Origin: Octopus vulgaris
Taxonomy: Eukaryota
Direction: 5' to 3'
Length of the DNA: 64,000 nt
Assembly (NCBI GenBank): GCA_951406725.2
Contig: OX597821.1
Coordinates: forward strand, 101,246,001-101,310,000
In this document: in pieces, positions 24,756 through 38,286 of the stretch
Layout: every line of letters starts with the position of its first letter
How positions within the stretch are numbered: the first letter of the stretch is position 1
Program-made: the position numbers and the translations under genes
Notes under the pieces: model-generated
What the model was told of the DNA's origin: nothing
What the model saw: the letters and a program-made list of their open reading frames with translations, nothing else
Databases searched by the model: none

Positions 24756-25879
24756 AATCAGTTTCACCATTTTCAGTAGGTCTGAAAACATCATGACCTC
24801 TGCCCCTTCCTTCAGACCTATCAAGTAAAAAAACGGAAAATGATACTAGTAAAAGGTATAAATTCCAGCAGAATCATGGTACAGATTCCTATAGAACCAA
24901 AAGGTATAGATTCTTAATGTCATTATTACTTACATATGAATTTTTTAAAAATTTACTCTAAAATGTAATTATTTAATATGAATGAGTTATTTTTTAAATT
25001 TCTTTATTTTATTAGAAAGATTTTCAGTGTATTTAATTTGTTTAATAAAACATAACTGCCTCTTTTCTTTGAGCAAAAATATTGCGTATTGAAATTTATT
25101 CTGCAATGTTGCAATAGAATTCTGTATGAAATGTCTTACAAGCAATTTACCAATATTGCAATGCATTGTTTGTGCATTGAGCATCAGCACTGCCAGTTTT
25201 TATAGTTGTCAATTGGCATTTTACATTACGAAAACAGACAGACAGTCTGTCTCATATTCTCACACACACACACACACACACACAATATACATAAAGTGAG
25301 ATTGTTATACAGGCCATTCCTCTGATAGGAAGGAATTTTTTTTTCTCCTTTTAACTTCATTCACAGTATGTAAAAAGGAAAAGTAATGAAATTGTATGAA
25401 TATGTATTCTTTGGTTCATTTCTATGTATGTACAGAAGAGATATCCACTTTATTTGGAGTTTTATTGCACACATAACAATAATGATCAGAAAGAAGAAAA
25501 TATGGTACTACTAATAGCGTACCTTATTAAGAGATGATTTTTATGGAAAAAATATAAAAGTTTTTCATAGACAGATAGAGTTAAAATGTACAACCAGGCT
25601 CAGAGAAAAGATCAAAGAATATGTCAGAATAAAGTTATAATTCTGGTTCAGATATTTATTAAAGTATCAAATGGATAAATTTAACCTCAAAATAGAGAAC
25701 CAATTGTGAATTATAAGTCTGTTTAAAATTGGTGAAAAAAATTTACATTTGTAAATTTGTAAATTTTATTTCCTGCCTAGAGTTGTTCTAATAAAACTAT
25801 TTTATGTAAATTTTGACATTACCAAATGAATGCATTCTACACTTCTTTCTAGGTTATTTTATTTTCCATGAAATTATTT

Positions 25880-25914
<35 letters not shown>

Positions 25915-25915
<1 letters not shown>

Positions 25916-26100
25916 TCAAATGTACAAAAAACAAAAGAGAGCCAGATGAAGGAATAACAAACAAGGTGTATTAAGTAGTTTGGCACTCAGGAAAAATGGA
26001 AAAGTTTTAAATTGTTCTGAGCCTACACTCTTTGAGTGAAAAGGATGAAGAAAAACCAAGAGAGAAAAATATATATATTCAACATGTGAAACCATTAATC
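25915..26100 (-). mobile_element. Older Penelope-like remnant homologous to 11434-11635
   Basis: CTCAGGAAAAATGGAAAAGTTTTAAATTGTTCTGAGCCTACACTCTTTGAG aligns to CTCAGGAAAGAAGGAGGGTTTAACGTTTTGAGCGGAGCTCTTCGTCAG; between TA-rich microsatellites. Confidence 0.55.
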
Positions 26101-26104
26101 CAGA

Positions 26105-26158
26105 CATATGTATGTATATACGTATGTATGTATGTATGTATGCATACAGATGTATGTA

Positions 26159-26205
<47 letters not shown>

Positions 26206-26558
26206 ATATAGATATGTATATGCATATACACATATGTATGTGTGTGTGTGTATGTATATATATATATATATACACGTATGTTTGTATATATGTGTGTATA
26301 TATATATATACATATATACACATGTATGTTTGTATATATGTGTCTATATATATATATGTGTGTGTATGTATATATATGTGTGTGTATGTGTGTGTATGTA
26401 TATATATGTGTGTGTATGTGTGTGTATGTATATATATGTGTGTGTATGTGTGTGTATGTATATATATGTGTGTGTGTGTATGTATATATGTGTGTGTGTG
26501 TATGTATATATATATATGTGTGTGTGTATGTGTATATATATATGTGTGTGTGTGTGTG

Positions 26559-26615
<57 letters not shown>

Positions 26616-26645
26616 ATATATATGTATATATATGTGTGTGCATGT
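26105..26645. repeat. ~540-bp compound (TA)/(TG) microsatellite with a 30-bp higher-order unit
   Basis: TATATATGTGTGTGTATGTGTGTGTATGTA x3 at 26371-26460. Confidence 0.98.
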
Positions 26646-28499
26646 CTTTCTTCAGTAATTAAAACAGTTTACTATTTGAAAAGTAAAGCTATGCTTCTAA
26701 AACATGACATTTATGTTTTTAATCTTTTTTTTTTAATATTGTAATATTATTCCATCAATAGTTGAACTTTTTGGGAGGAGTTGAAATATCTGGTTTCATA
26801 AAAGGACCAGTTGTCCTCTTTCTTTGCTATCTATTAATTCTAACTTCCTGTTCACTTACAGTTCTAATTCTGTTTGAAAGTTGGCATTCAAAGAAGATTC
26901 TTTTAGCATTTACAATGTCTCCAACTGAGTAAATATTTCCTGTAATTTTGCTGCTATTGTTAACTGCAACAGTGATGCAGTATAAAGTAGGAATTTGGAT
27001 GACTAAAATTAATAGACCAGAATAGCATAGACTTAAATTACACATATACAATTTCTACCAGGGGACTGCACACAACATATTTCTTGCAAGATAACTGATA
27101 AAGAATAACTTGACAAAGAACAAACCTGATTTGCATTAAGTGTGTTGATATAGAAGTAGATTTTGTTGGAGTCATTTCTTTTGTAATATTATGGGAATAG
27201 AAGAAGCTAAAAATAGATGAGTGGTAAAATCTGATTAATACATACAAAGAAAGTAGCAAAAGAAACTGATATATGAATTAATAAATTACTGCACAGTATA
27301 TAGCAGTGATGTATGGATCGGCATTGTTTAAGAATATTAATCACCAATTGGAATCTGGCAAAACATGATATTAACCAATGAAGACAGCTGATATCGATCC
27401 ATAGAAAAAATTTAATTATGTATCTGGGCTAATCACATAGGTCCTCAAAATAAAAAGACTAGATATTCAAGTAAAGGGATGTTAGATTTAGGGAAGATTT
27501 TACTAAGTAAATGACGACTGAACTGAATTTTCAATGAGATTGAATTCAAAATCTACCTTGAAAAAACAATGAGATTAATACCTTGTTGCTATTGTCTTAT
27601 AAGATGTGTCAACATGGTCAGCATCATTAATGAGGAATTCAGTTAATTTAAATTTTTTACCAAATTTATGCTCCCAACAACACTTGCCTATTTTATTTTG
27701 GAGAGTGGCATTTAATCAACTTGTTTTCTTTTTTCCTTTATGTTTTATTGAACCAATTTTCAACACACCAGACTATGAATTATTTCCGAATTTGATCACT
27801 GAAATATATAGATGTTTTGTTATTTTATTAGTTCTGTTCTAGTGCCAAGGAGAGCATAATGGACGATATTTAGTGAAATTTTCTCATTGTTCATGATAAA
27901 AATATTCTGTTCTGTAAAAATATAAATGTATAATGCATATATTATATAATGTTATTTGGCCATGACAAAAACAGGAGACTTGCATTTGCTTAAAAAAATA
28001 ATAGAATAATGAGCCATTGAATGTGAAAGGTGGTTGTGAGAAACAGACAAAATGACCGCAAGTTAAGAAAACAACTGAATCATTTCTAAATGATTCAAAT
28101 TGTTATAGGATTCAAATTTGTCAATACAAGTATGTAAGATTTAAACCGCATATTTAAAATGTTGATATAAGCATTTATTAGGACTGGAGTGGGGCCTGGT
28201 TGAAGGAAATATTGTTCCATTATTATTTTATGTTACTTGCAGTCCCTCTGAAACTGAGAGATTGATGGGAGTTGATGTATTTCATATACTTTTGAATTTA
28301 TCAGTACTCAATGCAAAAAGCAGTGAGTGTAGTAATTATCATAGTGCTGAGATTACTACCTATTATTCAGTCTTATGATTGTTGATGTCCACATAACAGA
28401 TTTTTTGAATTGCAAAGCACATTTATAATGATGATATGTGTGGGTGATCAATGACATATTGTGTAAATCAAGAATAGAAAATAAAATATGTGTGTGCTA

Positions 28500-28815
28500 G
28501 CTAGTGTCTTCTACCATAGCCATAGATTGACCAATACCTTGAGTGAAATTTGAAAGACAGAAACTGGGAGAAGCCCATTGTGTAAGTGAGTTTGTTTCTC
28601 CTTGTCTGACAGAGTAAACTAATTGTAAACAAATGTCACCACCATGCAAAAATGATGTATGTTTGTAAGCCCCTGCAAAAGCATATCTGGCCACTGATCT
28701 GTTCAGTATTTTGAAAGGCTTGGGGAAGTATATGAAATTATTTGTCATGTAATGTGTATGGAGGATATCAGCTGTTAAAAGAAGTGTTAAGCACTCAAAG
28801 TGGATGTAACACTTG
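28500..28815 (+). mobile_element. SINE (family A head, RTE-type tail), decayed
   Basis: AGTGTCTTCTACCATAGCC...AAAGTGGATGTAA. Confidence 0.7.
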
Positions 28816-29209
28816 GAAGAGGAAGATTTTATGACAAATCTCATCAATAAGAATGTAACTGCTTACCATTTATAATATTTCTATGTGAAATGGCCTCTCA
28901 TTTAACAATCATTTAATGATTGGACACTTGGAGCCAATTGAATCATTAAGTGAAGGTATTCTTGTATGGCTGCTATAAAGACAATTAGATCACTAATACA
29001 AAATGAGTCAAGGACAATCTTTTACATATGAATTCAAAGCCAGTGTCAGTCTTGAAATCCCAGTAGTAACAATGATGATTATAATCATGATGCAGTATCC
29101 AAGAGTTTTAAATGAAAATATAGTGTTATTTCTTTATCAATAATTGATGACAAATTGAATACTGTAATGGCAAAGAGTATTTAAACATTTTAAAATTGCA
29201 ATGGGAAAG

Positions 29210-29250
<41 letters not shown>

Positions 29251-29253
<3 letters not shown>

Positions 29254-29617
29254 TAGCAATATCGCCCAGCATTGCTCAGGTTTGTTTTGACCCTTTAGAA
29301 TTGGAATTTTTGAAAAGTAAAAGTTTTGCATTATGTAGCTTGTTATTCTCTTTAAGTGAACATTTTTCTGGTTGAAATATACTGAAAAATGATGACACAG
29401 CAGTAAAAAATAGCGATTTTCATAGAAAAAAAGCACCTTTTTGATGTAAATAATTTTTGGTGTTAACATGGTCCGATTTGAATTTTTTTCTTCTACGGAA
29501 GGAAGAGCAAGCCTTCTTCTATCATACTCTCAATTTTGGTCAACTTGCATTGCAGGGTCTCGGAGGAGTTAGTGTTAGTTGAAGGCTACCAAACCTGCCA
29601 TACACAGACAACTTCTG

Positions 29618-29625
<8 letters not shown>
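29251..29625 (+). mobile_element. Non-autonomous Helitron/Helentron-like (DINE-1-like) element in (TA)n
   Basis: Begins ACTAGCAATATCG-CCCAGCATTGCTCAGGT subterminal hairpin; ends ACAGACAACTTCTGCTTTATATA. Confidence 0.7.
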
Positions 29626-29657
<32 letters not shown>

Positions 29658-30617
29658 TCTATATATATATATATATAGTGTCTATATATATATATATAAA
29701 AGAAGCACAATTAAAAAATATTTCCAAGACAAAAATTGTATATGAAAGTTATTAATAATAACATATTATTTTCAATAAATTTGTATGTTAGCATATTAAT
29801 TGTATTTCCTTTTACAATATTTATACTTCTAGTTTAACTACTGAGAAATACAATATTCGATGACATAGGAGAGAATTTCCCCTAAAACATTGTGATTGTG
29901 TTTTTAGATATGAAACTAAAGCCTTCTGTAAGCTAATGTATACTCTAAGATTCAGTACTCTAACTAAACACCATATTGTATTGTTATTTATTCTAACACC
30001 ATCATTAATATTAGTGATACTTAACAAAGGAATTATTAGAGCTTTTTCTGTTATTATTATTAAACATTTCAATAAACATGATTTAATTGCATGAAAACTT
30101 TCTGAATACTCTGTTATGTCTGTTTGCTGAAATACAATGGAGCCACTTATATGTGCATTTATGCCTCTTAGTCCATCGAATGTAGTAACAACATTCAGCA
30201 AATGAACAAGAATGCAAAGTGCATAATTCATAATTGTAATTTTCTGTTCTCTTGATGTATGGTGGTGGTGTTAACTCTGGAACAGAATGCACTGTACAGT
30301 TGACATCATTCTTTTTTTTGTCACGGTCTTTTGTCACTTTAATGTCACTGTGTGTCATCAGATATATTTAGTCAGGTATATTTATTCTCTCTTTTTTATG
30401 TATAATTGGAGGAGAACAGGCAATAACTGTGACTTATGTTGACCCTTCAAACTGGCAGGATTGAAACAGTTGGTAATCAGTTTTAACTTCTGTAGATCAA
30501 AGCCTGTGAAGAAAACACACAAGTAGAGAAGGAATTCTTGAGGGCTGCAACTCTGAGGTTATATGACTGGACAAATTGTTTAATGTGGGGCTGGGATTGA
30601 GACATAATAGGAATGAC

Positions 30618-30652
<35 letters not shown>

Positions 30653-30661
30653 ACATATATT

Positions 30662-31070
30662 CTTTTCTACTCTAAGCACAAGGCCCGAAATTTGGGGTGG
30701 GGGCAGTCAATTAGATCGACCCCAGTACGCAACTAGTACTTAATTTATCGATTCCCCCACCCCCCACCTGAAAGGATGAAAGGCAAAGTCAACCTTGGTG
30801 GAATTTGAACTCAGAATGTAAAGCCAGACAAAATACCTATTTCTTTACTATCCACAAGGGGCTAAACACAGAGAGGACAAACAAGGACAGACAAACGGAT
30901 TAAGTCGATTATATTGACCCCAGTGTGTAACTGATATTTATTTAATCGACCCCGAAAGGATGAAAGGCAAAGTCGACCTCAGCGGAATTTGAACTCAGAA
31001 CATAACAGCAGATGAAATACTGCTAAGCATTTTACCCAGCATGCTAACGATGTTGCCAACTCACCACCTT
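30662..31070 (-). mobile_element. Dimeric family B SINE with 17-bp TSD
   Basis: Two AAAGGATGAAAGGCAAAGTC(A/G)ACCT..GGAATTTGAACTCAGAA units; flanks AGAGACACACATATATT (30645-30661) and AGAGACACAAATATATT (31071-31087). Confidence 0.9.
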
Positions 31071-31584
31071 AGAGACACAAATATATTGCATAGGCCAGGA
31101 GAAAGGTAGTACATAATATTCTAACTCAAACAAGAAACTGTTGTAGATGATAAAGTGTTTCAGCCAGTGATAGTGTATAGGTGAATGGCTTTTTTGTCAG
31201 CCAGTCAGTGTGCATGTGTGAGTGAGTTTGTATTTCCTTGTCTACACATTTGTTTACTGATTGTAAGCAATAGCTGAAGTAATGGTGCTATTTGCTTCCA
31301 GTCCATTGCAAAAACATGTCTAGGCCTCGTAGCTTCTCCTGAAATATGCATTCTTTGTTAACAAAAGGCTCATTCACGTGGGAGCATTTGTTTCCAGTTC
31401 TTTACATAAGTATGTCTGGGCTGTTTGTTGTTTGATAGACCAGTAGAGTGGAAGATAATTACCACACAATTGGGGTTTGGTGTCAAGAAGGGTATACAAC
31501 TACAAAAAACTCTAACATATTTTCATTTGATCCATGCAAACATGGAAAAGTTGATGCTAAAACAATGATTCTAATGATGATGAG

Positions 31585-31720
31585 ATGGCCCTTTTTCAGG
31601 TGTAGTCTTTGATGTTTATATATACAAAGCAGCAAAATCCCAATGTGCAAGCAGTACTTCAATGTGGATCTTAGATGAGCTTTGTGGAGAGTTAGCAACC
31701 GATCAGAACTAAAATATTCT
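31585..31720 (-). mobile_element. CR1/L2-like LINE RT C-terminal fragment
   Basis: LLTLHKAHLRSTLKYCLHIG resembles LLTLYKAQIRP.LEYCSH.W. Confidence 0.65.
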
Positions 31721-33742
31721 TTTGCTTGATAGAGAAAGCATAATCATTGTGTTCTGGTTTTTAAACATTATATACATGTCAGGTTACCATAGGAAATAAC
31801 TGTTTATAGAAACTTTGAGGGCCTTAGTCATATGTTATGTGCAGAGAGGGATGTCTGATATAAGATTATTTACTTCATGTATGTAGCAATTGTGCTTTAT
31901 TGCTGTTAAAGGAGACTACTATATTGTCATGTTCCCATTGGAATATGTTTCTGAGTTCTGTTCATTTCTAGCATGAGGTTATGTATTGCTAGTAACTTTC
32001 AATACAGTCATTTAGTAATAAGCATTCTGTATTCATGAACTAGATTGATTTGTCACAAATTGATTGATGGCAAATTATATTGATTTACAATGAATAACAA
32101 TAAAATAAAATGCTATAAACAGAGATATTTATTACTCGAAAACAAGGCATTAAAGTTAGCATACAATGTATGCTGTGTTATTTCTGTTTGAAATATGATA
32201 TATTTGATGTTTAGTTTTTCATAAACTCATTTCAAAATAATTCTAAAAAGAAAATAAAGAAGAATAAAAATATCACTTCTCAAAATTTGATCATATTCTC
32301 CATTCATTAATAAAACAAAGTTCTAATTATTGAAATGAAATAAGATAAAAATGATCAACCCACAAAAAAAAAAGTTTTGTAATAAATGTATACATTTTAA
32401 TATTATTAATTATTAAGGAGTACTGTTTAATTTAATTTCTGTAAACTTTTAATAATTGCACAGTAAACACGTGCAGAGCTGCAGGCAAACTATTGTTATA
32501 AAACTAAGCCAATTGTTTAGTCAGTATTGTTTTGTAATATTTATTGTAAATTCTGTAAATTTCAACACTGCTTGATGGCCTTTAATAAGGACTTCTGCAG
32601 GAAGGACTTTAGCAATGTTACTTTGCTCAGGTCAATATGCTCACCACCTCCACTGCCCCTCCACCACTTATCTATAATCTAACTTTTTGACAACATCCAC
32701 CTACCACGGAACCTGTGCCAAATATGAAATATATAAAAAGATGTGGACTCTGCAAACCAGATTGCAGGCTACTTGTTTAATAGTGGGGCAAGTCTGAATA
32801 AGGAAGGGAGATACTTTAGTCGTTCTACAGACGACCTCTCTAGTGCTGGTGCATAATTAAATCCACCAGCTTATGATATAGAGTGGCTAGTGACAGAAGT
32901 GGCATTCATACTTAAAAACCATGCAGAAGTAAACAAAAACATAGTTGGTGCAACAAACAATGAGACACTGTGAGCTCCATCCAGTCTATGTCAGCATGAA
33001 AAAGCAAGCTAAAATGGTGATGGTGACACCACCACTACCACCATGGGCAGCAACGTAGTAGAGTTGTTTGAGTTTGGGACAGAATGGTAACAAAAGAGTT
33101 ATGAAACAACACCTCTGATGTCTGTAGTCCCTTTTTGCCTCTCTATTTACTCACACTTCTTCAGCTGAAATAGATTAATCTTCCTACTCTTTCAATGAAT
33201 TTTAAAGGTAAAATAAAGAACAAGTAGGAAATATCTGGAATCATAAATTGACAACCAAAATTTTCTGCTTATATTTTATAGATTTTGTACTTCTCATGTT
33301 TACAAGTGTTATGAGTTATATCACTTGTGTTTTCTCTGTACAATATTTGTTGTTTGACTTTGAAGAATTTACCATTTTCATTTAATGAATGTTTAGTATT
33401 CAAGATTTATCAAGTTAGTTTAATTTACAAAACATATATAATATAAAATCAATTATAAATTTTGCTCATTATCCAAACAAATCTGTTGTTACTTTATGTT
33501 CCCAATACCAGATTAAGAAGTTAGGGCTCAATTTATCAAATAAATTAAATAGTTTTATGTAATCTAGGCTACTTTGTTTAACAATTTTGATAAGTAATAA
33601 TCTTGTAGTATTGATCTTTAAAATTAGTGTCAGTTTCATTGGTTAATTGTAAATGAACAAAAGTTTCAGCTTTGAATTAAACTGATTGTAAAAACATATA
33701 TAAGAACAAAATGCAAAAAAAAAAACAGGATAAGTTCATTTG

Positions 33743-33795
<53 letters not shown>

Positions 33796-34619
33796 AATAC
33801 TAAGTAATTGAGGGTTTAGCAACGATTTGCCTCACCACACACCGAATTTATATATATATAAAGGATAAATTATCCTGGTGGGTATGGAATTATCTCATAA
33901 AATGGTATAGATGTAGGCTATCCACAACATTCAAATTACATAGTACTCAAGTATAAACAGATATTGGTACTTGTAAGCTCCACTTGTTCGGTAGTTCCTT
34001 GTTTCCTTGTTCCTGTTCAGAAATGCAAATATTCCAAATAGTATACAATTGAAAATGAAGAGGAGAGTGAAAATTTATTCACATCCAAAACTTTTTATTA
34101 AAAAGGTTTTCTACAGCATATATAACAATGACCAACATATGTTTCAATTGCAGCAACTACACATTGCTCTGTATGCAATTATGCATCCTAGTTGCTACAA
34201 TTTCATCAAGGGTCCATCACTTACAATGTTTTCAAAGTGAGCTATTTCAAACAAGCTTCCTGCATTGGTATTCAGTTAAAGGTTATAGCGTTACTTTTTA
34301 AATCAAATTGAATTCTAGTCTTATAATCACCTCTATTGGTATTACAGTTAAATTATGGTTTATAAAATGTTCATTCATATTACAATCGATTGTAGCAGTT
34401 TTGTTTACATTTTACTGTATGGAGTATATTATTTATTCAGAGGTAATTCACTTATGTCTGGCTTTATACCCTCAATTAATATTATTATTTTTATTATTAC
34501 TAAAATTATTTTAGTATTATTTGCAAAAATATCATTAATTATTGCAATCATTATGTTAATAAGTATAATTACTATAGATGGTAATTTGTTTCTTTAAATC
34601 GTTTAAATGTATATTTAAT

Positions 34620-35011
34620 CCAATGTGGACATCTCATAGCCTGTGCCTGTCTAGTGTTTATAACAGTAAAGTTCCCAGATTTTTTCTTGAAAGAGAGGGT
34701 TTACATCAACAAACCAGAGACCCTGGCACAACTGAAGAACATCAATAGAGAAATCAGAGAAGTGGGGTCTGAAACTCTTGAGGGTGTTATGGTGCAAGTT
34801 TTGGAAAGAGCACGGGCATGCAAAGCTGAAAATGGCTGCCATTTAATTGATATCATTTTTCATGTGATGTAGTAGTGTTGCAAAATTTGACTTGTGCATA
34901 TTAATTTCCATTATGTCCTTTATATTGTATCAAAATTTCATGCATTTATCTGTAAAGTTAAGGAAGTTATTAAAAATTGAAACCCATCAATGACTTTTGG
35001 GACACCCTGTA
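34620..35011 (+). mobile_element. Tc1/mariner (rosa/DD41D-like) transposase 3' fragment with right TIR
   Basis: PDFFLKERVYINKPETLAQLKNINREIREV..ETLEGVM..VLERARACKAENGCHLIDIIFH; end GACTTTTGGGACACCCTG-TA. Confidence 0.85.
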
Positions 35012-38000
35012 TATTTAGAAAAGAAAATCTAGTACATTTCCTCCACACAAAGGTTACATCTGTTATTGCCTATTCTACAAGGTTTTGCTTTACTAATAAT
35101 TTCCCAAGCAACTGAAAATACTTTGTTACTATCTTTAAGTGCCCATATATAACTTTGTACCTCTTTTAAGTACTTTTGAAAAATTCAAGCATTAATTTAA
35201 AAATTTGCAGTAGATTTCTGACATTTCCTCATCTATGACTTCATCTTGCTTATTTATCTACTTGGCTTATGTGCAAGAAAACTTCATTAAAAAATCTTGT
35301 TTAATCATTTATAGAGGATGCAGGAAATTTACTATATTGCATTTAAGTGTTATCATAACTAAAATAATTTATTTGTTACATCACTTTCTTTAGGGGGTAC
35401 CTCTAACTATATTCAGTTAGTATTTCACCATAAGAGATTTCATTGACACAGTGATAAAATAATGAAGTTGTAAGATGTAAAAGGGGAATAATTTTGTGGA
35501 TCTTATATTCAAGAGTGGAATACAGGATTTCTGTAGAGGGGGAGAATCATTCGATAAATCTCTCCCAATAACTTGTAAACTTTTTCACTATTTTGTTGAT
35601 TATTAATTTTAACTGTATTGTGATTAATCTGTTTAGTTGTTAAATTCATTAAAAAAAAACACATTTGGATTATTAGCCGATACTAGAGAATGGAAGTCAA
35701 AGTTTTTTGTTTTATAATTACTCTTCAGCACAATTATGCAACATCAAATGAGTATTCCCTAGACTTTGAATAATAGAATGTCAGTATTTGAAACAGTAGA
35801 CTTACATTACAGGTTATTTTTAACTGTATGTAGAGAAAAACAACAGTAGGTTTTTTTTATATATATATCTATATACTTTTTTAAGTTTCTGACAAAATAG
35901 ACCTACTCAGTTGCTTTCAAGTGTTGATTATTAAATTCCTTTGCAAAGCTAGCTCCTAATGTAATTCTCAGAACAAAACCATACAAAATTGGGACAAAAC
36001 AACCAATATCTACTGACTAGTAAATGTAAGATAAAATATGAGAATCTACATGTGTGCAAGTATAAACTTTCCCTAGTAGATCAGAATTTCTTAGTAAGTG
36101 CCAGAAGTGAATCCAAAAATCAATGAAACAACGAAATCAGAGTTACTAACAATTAACTGTTGGTGGTATTTCATGCTGAACAAGCTTTCTTGAGATTCAA
36201 AGTGGCATCGATAACTGACATAAATGGCTCTACAAAATCTTCTACTATAGAAAATATGATGCAATCATGATAGATTATCTTTTTAAAGAATTTTATGAAA
36301 CACTTTGATAGATTATGATATACATATATAGCCTTTCCTTTTGTTTTTGACATTCAACTTTGTTTGTATGCATGTATATGCATATGTGTGTATATAAATA
36401 CATACACATTTATGTATATATGTATATGACTGTCTCTTGTAGTAACATCTCCATGCCATTATCACTGTTGTTCTGAAAACAAACACTTTTTCCCAACATT
36501 TTGGTCCAGTTTCATACACTACCAGAAACCTTACACATTTGATCCTTCCCTCCAAAAGTCCCAGTATTCAATCCAGCTGAAGAAGGATTGAACACTGGCA
36601 ATCCTTCTTCAACTTCTCTTCACATTATATACACTTGTCAACTGGATTTTCTGTTAATGATGTATTGCTCTTTGCCATCTCTGTTCTTCCAGTCTTTCCA
36701 GGCATGTCTTTTAGCCTTTATGCTTCTATTCGTGGCAGTATTTCACCATCATGTTACTTTTTATCTAGCTGGTACCTTGCTCTAGCCACAGATCTGGTTG
36801 GTAGTTTTTAGTAGGTTATCTCAAAGAAACTACCAGTTGTCAACTATTATAGGTCCCTATCTCCTCCTTTTCATCCTTTGGGTTATCTAAAATTACTCTT
36901 TACATATATTTAGCAGGAGTATATTTTAGTTTCTACACCTTCCTTCTCTAGACTTTCTTTAGTTGCAGTCCATTAAACTCTTATTGTGAAGTCCTAATCA
37001 GCAGCCTATGTTGGGTGGTACATTATTTACTAAAGGAAGACTTAGTATTTACAAAAATTAATCTATCTTGTTTCCTAATGAAAATAAAATTTATCTGGCT
37101 TGCATGTTTACTCAGTTGGAAGGTGATCAAGTGGTTTGTTGGTTTCCTGAGGTTTATTCTGTGGATAGTTTATTTACATTACAGAACTCTAGAAAACTTG
37201 AACCCTTTTCATTACATCAATCATATCCATAACCACCATGTACTCTAGAGTAGCTTTCACTGTGCTACCTAGTATGTTCATTGAAGTCACCAGCCAAGAT
37301 AATGATGTTGCTGTCATTTGTTACTAAGGTGGTTCTAGAGAGACACTTACAGAAGCAACTCTTTGGCTCTTCAGTTAGTTTCAGTTGTGATGGTAATTGC
37401 CTTTGCTTTGTCTACAGCTAGTCTATGTTTAATTATCCTGTCACATAACTCTGATTACCTCAATTACATTATCTACCCACTTTCTACCTACCTAAACCAG
37501 GATCATTACCTACCCAGAAGAATTTGTACTTGTGTTGTTTACCTATGAGGAGTATAGCTGAGTCTTCCCTCCATCTTACTTCTTGCCCACAGCATACATA
37601 TACTTGCCTCTACTCTAGCATCTCTATAATTTCACATGTTACCTTTCATACCAGCTTTAATAGTTGCAGCCCTAAAGATTTTTACCTGATGGAAGGAATG
37701 CCATGCCATAGTGAAAGAATTGATGTTTGAAGCCTCTTTCTTGCATTCAAACAGGAATGTGCAACTGCTTAACGGAAGTTGAGGGCCTCTTGCATACAAC
37801 CAGATGTTTACAGCTAACCATCCCACAATGGTGCACAGCACTATCATAGTGAGTGTTAGCTTTGTATACACAAGGTTTACCAGTGGGTTGTAGCTTTGCA
37901 TGAGTTTAGGATTGTTTTACTGGCCAGATGCCCTTCATATTACCAATCACCTCACAGTGTAGACTAGGTGCATTTTCATGTCACCAACGATAATGAGATT

Positions 38001-38140
38001 GTTTGCCATGACTAAAGTGTTGCTTTCACTACAGATTTCAGAGTCCACGTTTCCCCTATGTAAGTAATTTAATTGGCATTACTGCTCTCCTTGACAAACT
38101 TCCATCACTAGGGTTTGCTGAGGCATCTTCCTTTTGGGAT

Positions 38141-38286
38141 TTTTAATCAGTTTTGATGCTTTGGAATTTCAGTTGTAGAACACTGCATATAATAATTAGG
38201 GCCTGGAAGAAGGATGGAACTTTTAATCAGTCTCTATTGCTTGAAATCTTAGTTGTAGATCACTGTATATAATTAGTCTGGAAGAA
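38141..38286. repeat. Degenerate 80-bp tandem duplication
   Basis: TTTTAATCAGT...AGTTGTAGA.CACTG.ATATAAT..TAG..CTGGAAGAA twice. Confidence 0.75.

Noticed and set aside
26079-26744. Long ORFs (up to 210 aa) rich in Y/I/V/C/M or H/T
   Set aside because: Translations of (TA)/(TG) microsatellite that cannot contain stop codons; the same applies to 11236-11632 and 63605-63910
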